In this document: piece after piece, positions 61,301 to 64,000 of the stretch
Layout of the letters: each line of letters begins with the position of its first letter
How positions within the stretch are numbered: the first letter of the stretch is position 1
Source of the DNA: Schmidtea polychroa
Taxonomy: Eukaryota
Direction: 5' to 3'
DNA length: 64,000 nucleotides
Assembly: GCA_044892525.1 (NCBI GenBank)
Contig: CM097885.1
Coordinates: forward strand, 1,116,001-1,180,000
The notes under the pieces: model-generated
The model's database searches: none
What the model saw: only the letters and a program-made list of their open reading frames with translations
What the model was told of the DNA's origin: nothing
Translations under genes and position numbers: made by a program

Positions 61301-64000
61301 AATGAACTCTATTTGGATCATCCAGAAAATCATTTATGTATTGCAAGACATATACACCACAATCATAGTCGTTTGGTTGTTGTGGATATATTCTTTGTTC
61401 TAGAGTTTTTAGTTGGATTCTTTCTTCTACTGTATTTTCTAGGAATTTATCCAGCTTGTCTTTGATATTTGAGCGCTGCAGAGTAGACATACTATTGTCA
61501 GAATCCAAGATAATCGAAGTCCTAGTTTCAAGATTAGCTAGGTACACAATCCAATGGCATTTGTTCCAGTGGATAAGCCAGACTATTTGTTCCCATCCAA
61601 TAAGTGAGTCTATTTCCATTTGTTTGTGGAAGGCCCGGAGATTTCTATCAATTAGATGTTTTGCCATTATCGGTTCAATATATTTGATGCTTCTTTCTTG
61701 GTAATTACTTTTTTGAATTAGGCTCCTCAGGTAGACTTCGATTGCGGCCTGTGAGAGTCAGCTACTCTGATTTGGGATGTCCTTGTGATCCGGATTTAAA
61801 GTTCCAACTTTGTTTTTTTGTTCGTCATTCCTTGTGTGGATTTTTATATGGTCATCGGATTCGTTCCCTTTAAAGGGTATTTCGCATTGCACACATTTGA
61901 CCACTACATCGGTTTTGCTTGGAAAATTATGCTTTTGTCTGTAGTGGTTCATAGCATTTTTGTAATTTTCCGAGATCTTCCCACATGTGTTGCATTCAAT
62001 TTGGTAGCCATTATTAATTGTTAATTGGCTTACTGGTTCCTGAATGTTGGAGGAATTGCCTGCTCCTGTCAAGTTCAGTTTATTTGTTGTGATGGGTTCA
62101 GTCTGCCTTCTCTTTAGTACGGAATTGTCCTCATCTGAAGAGAGGTTCCTATCTCTTTTTTTCTTTGATTTGTCGTTATCTACTATCATAGATATCACCT
62201 CCGGTAGTGGTACATCACATTGTATTGGATCCATGATGTTTTAATTGATTACATTTTCCTCATTTGTTGGACTCACTGAAGGAATGTATACTTTTTGAAT
62301 ATTATGATGCAGCACCTGTTGTTGGGCACATTTCCTTTTATCTTTCAATAGTGTTATTCCTTTTTGGAATTTATAACCTTTTTCAATCCCAATAATTGCT
62401 CTGTTTATAAAGAATTGGAAGAAATTAGCCACCCTCGTTTGTGTGTCCTGGTCTGCGAACGGGTATGCATTCACCAATGCAGTTAGGCAGTTCAATAAGT
62501 TACGGTCATTGTTTCTCAGCTCCGGGTTCATCGGCGAGTTCGTGATTTGGTAGAGCCATCCTTTGGGAATATCTAGGTCCGTGATGAGTTGGGCCATGTT
62601 GAATTCCACGTCCCTGAGGTCAGGACATAATCTTTTTAGGGTTTCTTCAACCACTAGGTGGGTTATTTGTTGAATTTCTATCTGGTCAAAGTTGTATCGG
62701 AAAAGGCCGAGGAAGAATTTCCGGAACAGCGCGAAGCTCTCACCCGATATCTCCTTCTCCAGATAGTATTCTAGATTTCTTTTATTAAAGATATATCTTC
62801 TGTTGTTTTTCTTTTTGAGGTCTTCCATTATTCCCCCCTTCTTGTGGCCATTGTTCTCTTCTTCCACAGATAGTTACTTTTGTGGGTCTGGCCCTTGTCC
62901 AGACCACTGCTCTGCTGGAGGGCGCACCCCTGGGCTACTGAGTCCGGGTCTTGTGTCAGCTTTTGTGCCCAGTTCTTCTTTGATGTCTTTTGCTGCATAT
63001 GGGGCCTTTGATAAGGGGCTTCAATTTCTTGTGTGCCCTCATCCTCTATCAGTATCTTGTCTTCATCTTGAATTAGACCATTAAAATGGTTATCTTGGAT
63101 GGGCTGTTTCCTTTCTTTGGTATACTCCTTATACCCATTTCGGTTTATAGTTTTAGTGTCACGTTTTTTGCTATTTGGATTAGAGATATTTGTATTTAAA
63201 TTTGATTTTGATTTATTATTTCTTAAATTTATATTATTATTTGTATTAAAATTAGAGTTATTATTTACAAAACTATCTTTAGTTAAATTCATTTTAATAA
63301 AATTATGATTATCTTTAGTTAAGTTTGTATTATTAAAATTATAATTATCTTTATTTAGGTTTAAATTAATATTATTAGAATTTTCAATATTTAATTTTAA
63401 ATTATCATTATTAATTAATAGATTTGTTTTAAAAATATGTTTATTATAATTTTGAATATTGTAATTATCTTTATTTAAATTAAATTTAAAGATATCATGA
63501 TTATTATTAACTTCATTTAGATTAGGATTAAAATTAAAAACATCTTGATTTTTAGCAGATGTAACATTTTTGTAGATAGTAGCCTGATTTTTATCTGTGC
63601 TACTATCCTTAGTAATTTTTGTAATTTCTATATTATGGATTTCATCACTTTTAATTTTGTTAATATTGTAATTATCTATCATTTTGTTGTATTTTTCTAG
63701 TGCATCAAATATTATTCGTTTTTGCTCTATCATTCTCTGTATTTCAGGATCATTTCCATACAGTAGCTTGCTCTTATAGGACGGTTGGTTTTCATAGGTA
63801 TATAATTTATCATCTTGATAATTTAATTTTATATCATCAAAATTAGGATTCATTATTTGATCATTCATTCCATCAATACATGCAGTCTTCTCATCACAGT
63901 TCAAATCATTATCATCGTTTATTATATTATTACATAATGGCAATGAAAATGAAATTGGGGACTTACTCCTACCAACTGTAGGTATGCCGTCAGATATCTT
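58362..64000 (-). mobile_element. Near-full-length NeSL/R5-like non-LTR retrotransposon (zinc fingers, Ulp1-like protease, RT, CCHC, RLE), lightly disrupted
   Basis: ORFs 62828-63943, 62241-62867, 61758-62234 (two C2H2), 59139-61667, 58506-59135 (CRKC..HVINHC, LRPDLV, IDIKCPF, K..KY). Confidence 0.9.
59139..61667 (-). CDS. Ulp1/C48-like cysteine protease + reverse transcriptase; single in-frame stop before the RLE ORF
   Basis: CHW..ILDS..QQPNDYDCGVYVL; APGED, WRPIA, LDLADAFGS, GVKQGCPLS, YADD, GGLGI. Confidence 0.9.
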   Translation of the reverse strand: MAKHLIDRNLRAFHKQMEIDSLIGWEQIVWLIHWNKCHWIVYLANLETRTSIILDSDNSMSTLQRSNIKDKLDKFLENTVEERIQLKTLEQRIYPQQPNDYDCGVYVLQYINDFLDDPNRVHYQTPDSTKIRNIIGNLIIKELKESKNRKAINPDVEIQEILQKLKLLQMDINSTLQWFTDKYNSTIPELRNSKKGKFKITKCSYQLQRLYAIAPKRAVKEIYKDESAPIDLGKSILDTYFVKESPVIEECKIKYQHHQDWKTKPEIDDKEIELAIKKTSDSAPGEDNIPIRQWKKWMEDGVLFEIFNYIKRTHIVPDIWKDFGTTLIIKPGKHAESNNPANWRPIAILPTSYRLFMKILNVRVLQWANEGKLISPWQKAVDKANGCDEHNYIIQALIEKSNRLKYKNEECHLAFLDLADAFGSIPFPVIWHTLGIMGLDTNTIELIKEIYKDNVTRYKSGKTESERIKIVKGVKQGCPLSMTLFSLCIQYLIQGITSMKKGAVVAGQEINILAYADDLVIIANSAIDLQLLLGKIEELANLANLIFKPAKCGYYRDSKDKSSRVKIYNEEIKLVNQENVYTYLGVRIGHSKKKDLNTLFSEVKEKMEAIFKSNLRNDQKLEAYNTFGQSKFVYVLQGEDISKININKYDDEIKKKIKEDILQLQENSAFTDLVIYSPREKGGLGITKVIDEQIIQTINRTLKLITSDHKAIRFIIHEELIEVARLRSEKEINSLEDALKWLDGTHKYKKNTNAKTTWLTRVRESIQTLNKKHGITLRIILEEGCLICKIKCKTQEDEECLKELSDLSKTLHWMIKDAYYKQWSGLKCQGYIINLKKSENME

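Overview
AT-rich eukaryotic repeat region with no host housekeeping genes. A planarian flatworm is the likely source, inferred from the element content, (TAA)n microsatellites and ~45-nt introns. Both flanks (1-7.7 kb; 46.4-64 kb) are nested minus-strand RLE-type non-LTR retrotransposons: R2-like copies (C2H2 zinc finger + Myb + RT + RLE, no rDNA flanks) and NeSL/R5-like elements with Ulp1-like protease domains. A young, intact Gypsy LTR element (40508-46374) has apparently identical 558-bp LTRs and a 5-bp TSD. The centre (8-38.5 kb) is a cluster of Polinton/Maverick-like relics with at least eight pieces of a protein-primed-type family B DNA polymerase gene. The most notable part is 25.7-34.0 kb: a spliced (6-exon) pPolB gene followed by a compact cassette of TBP-like, putative SSB-like, acidic, spliced Bcl-2-like and secreted coiled-coil genes. 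The cassette ends in an AP-1/nuclear-receptor-site array and an AGTAG-type terminus. No capsid, packaging ATPase or integrase gene of that element is recognisable in the window. All calls come from motif reading, not database searches.
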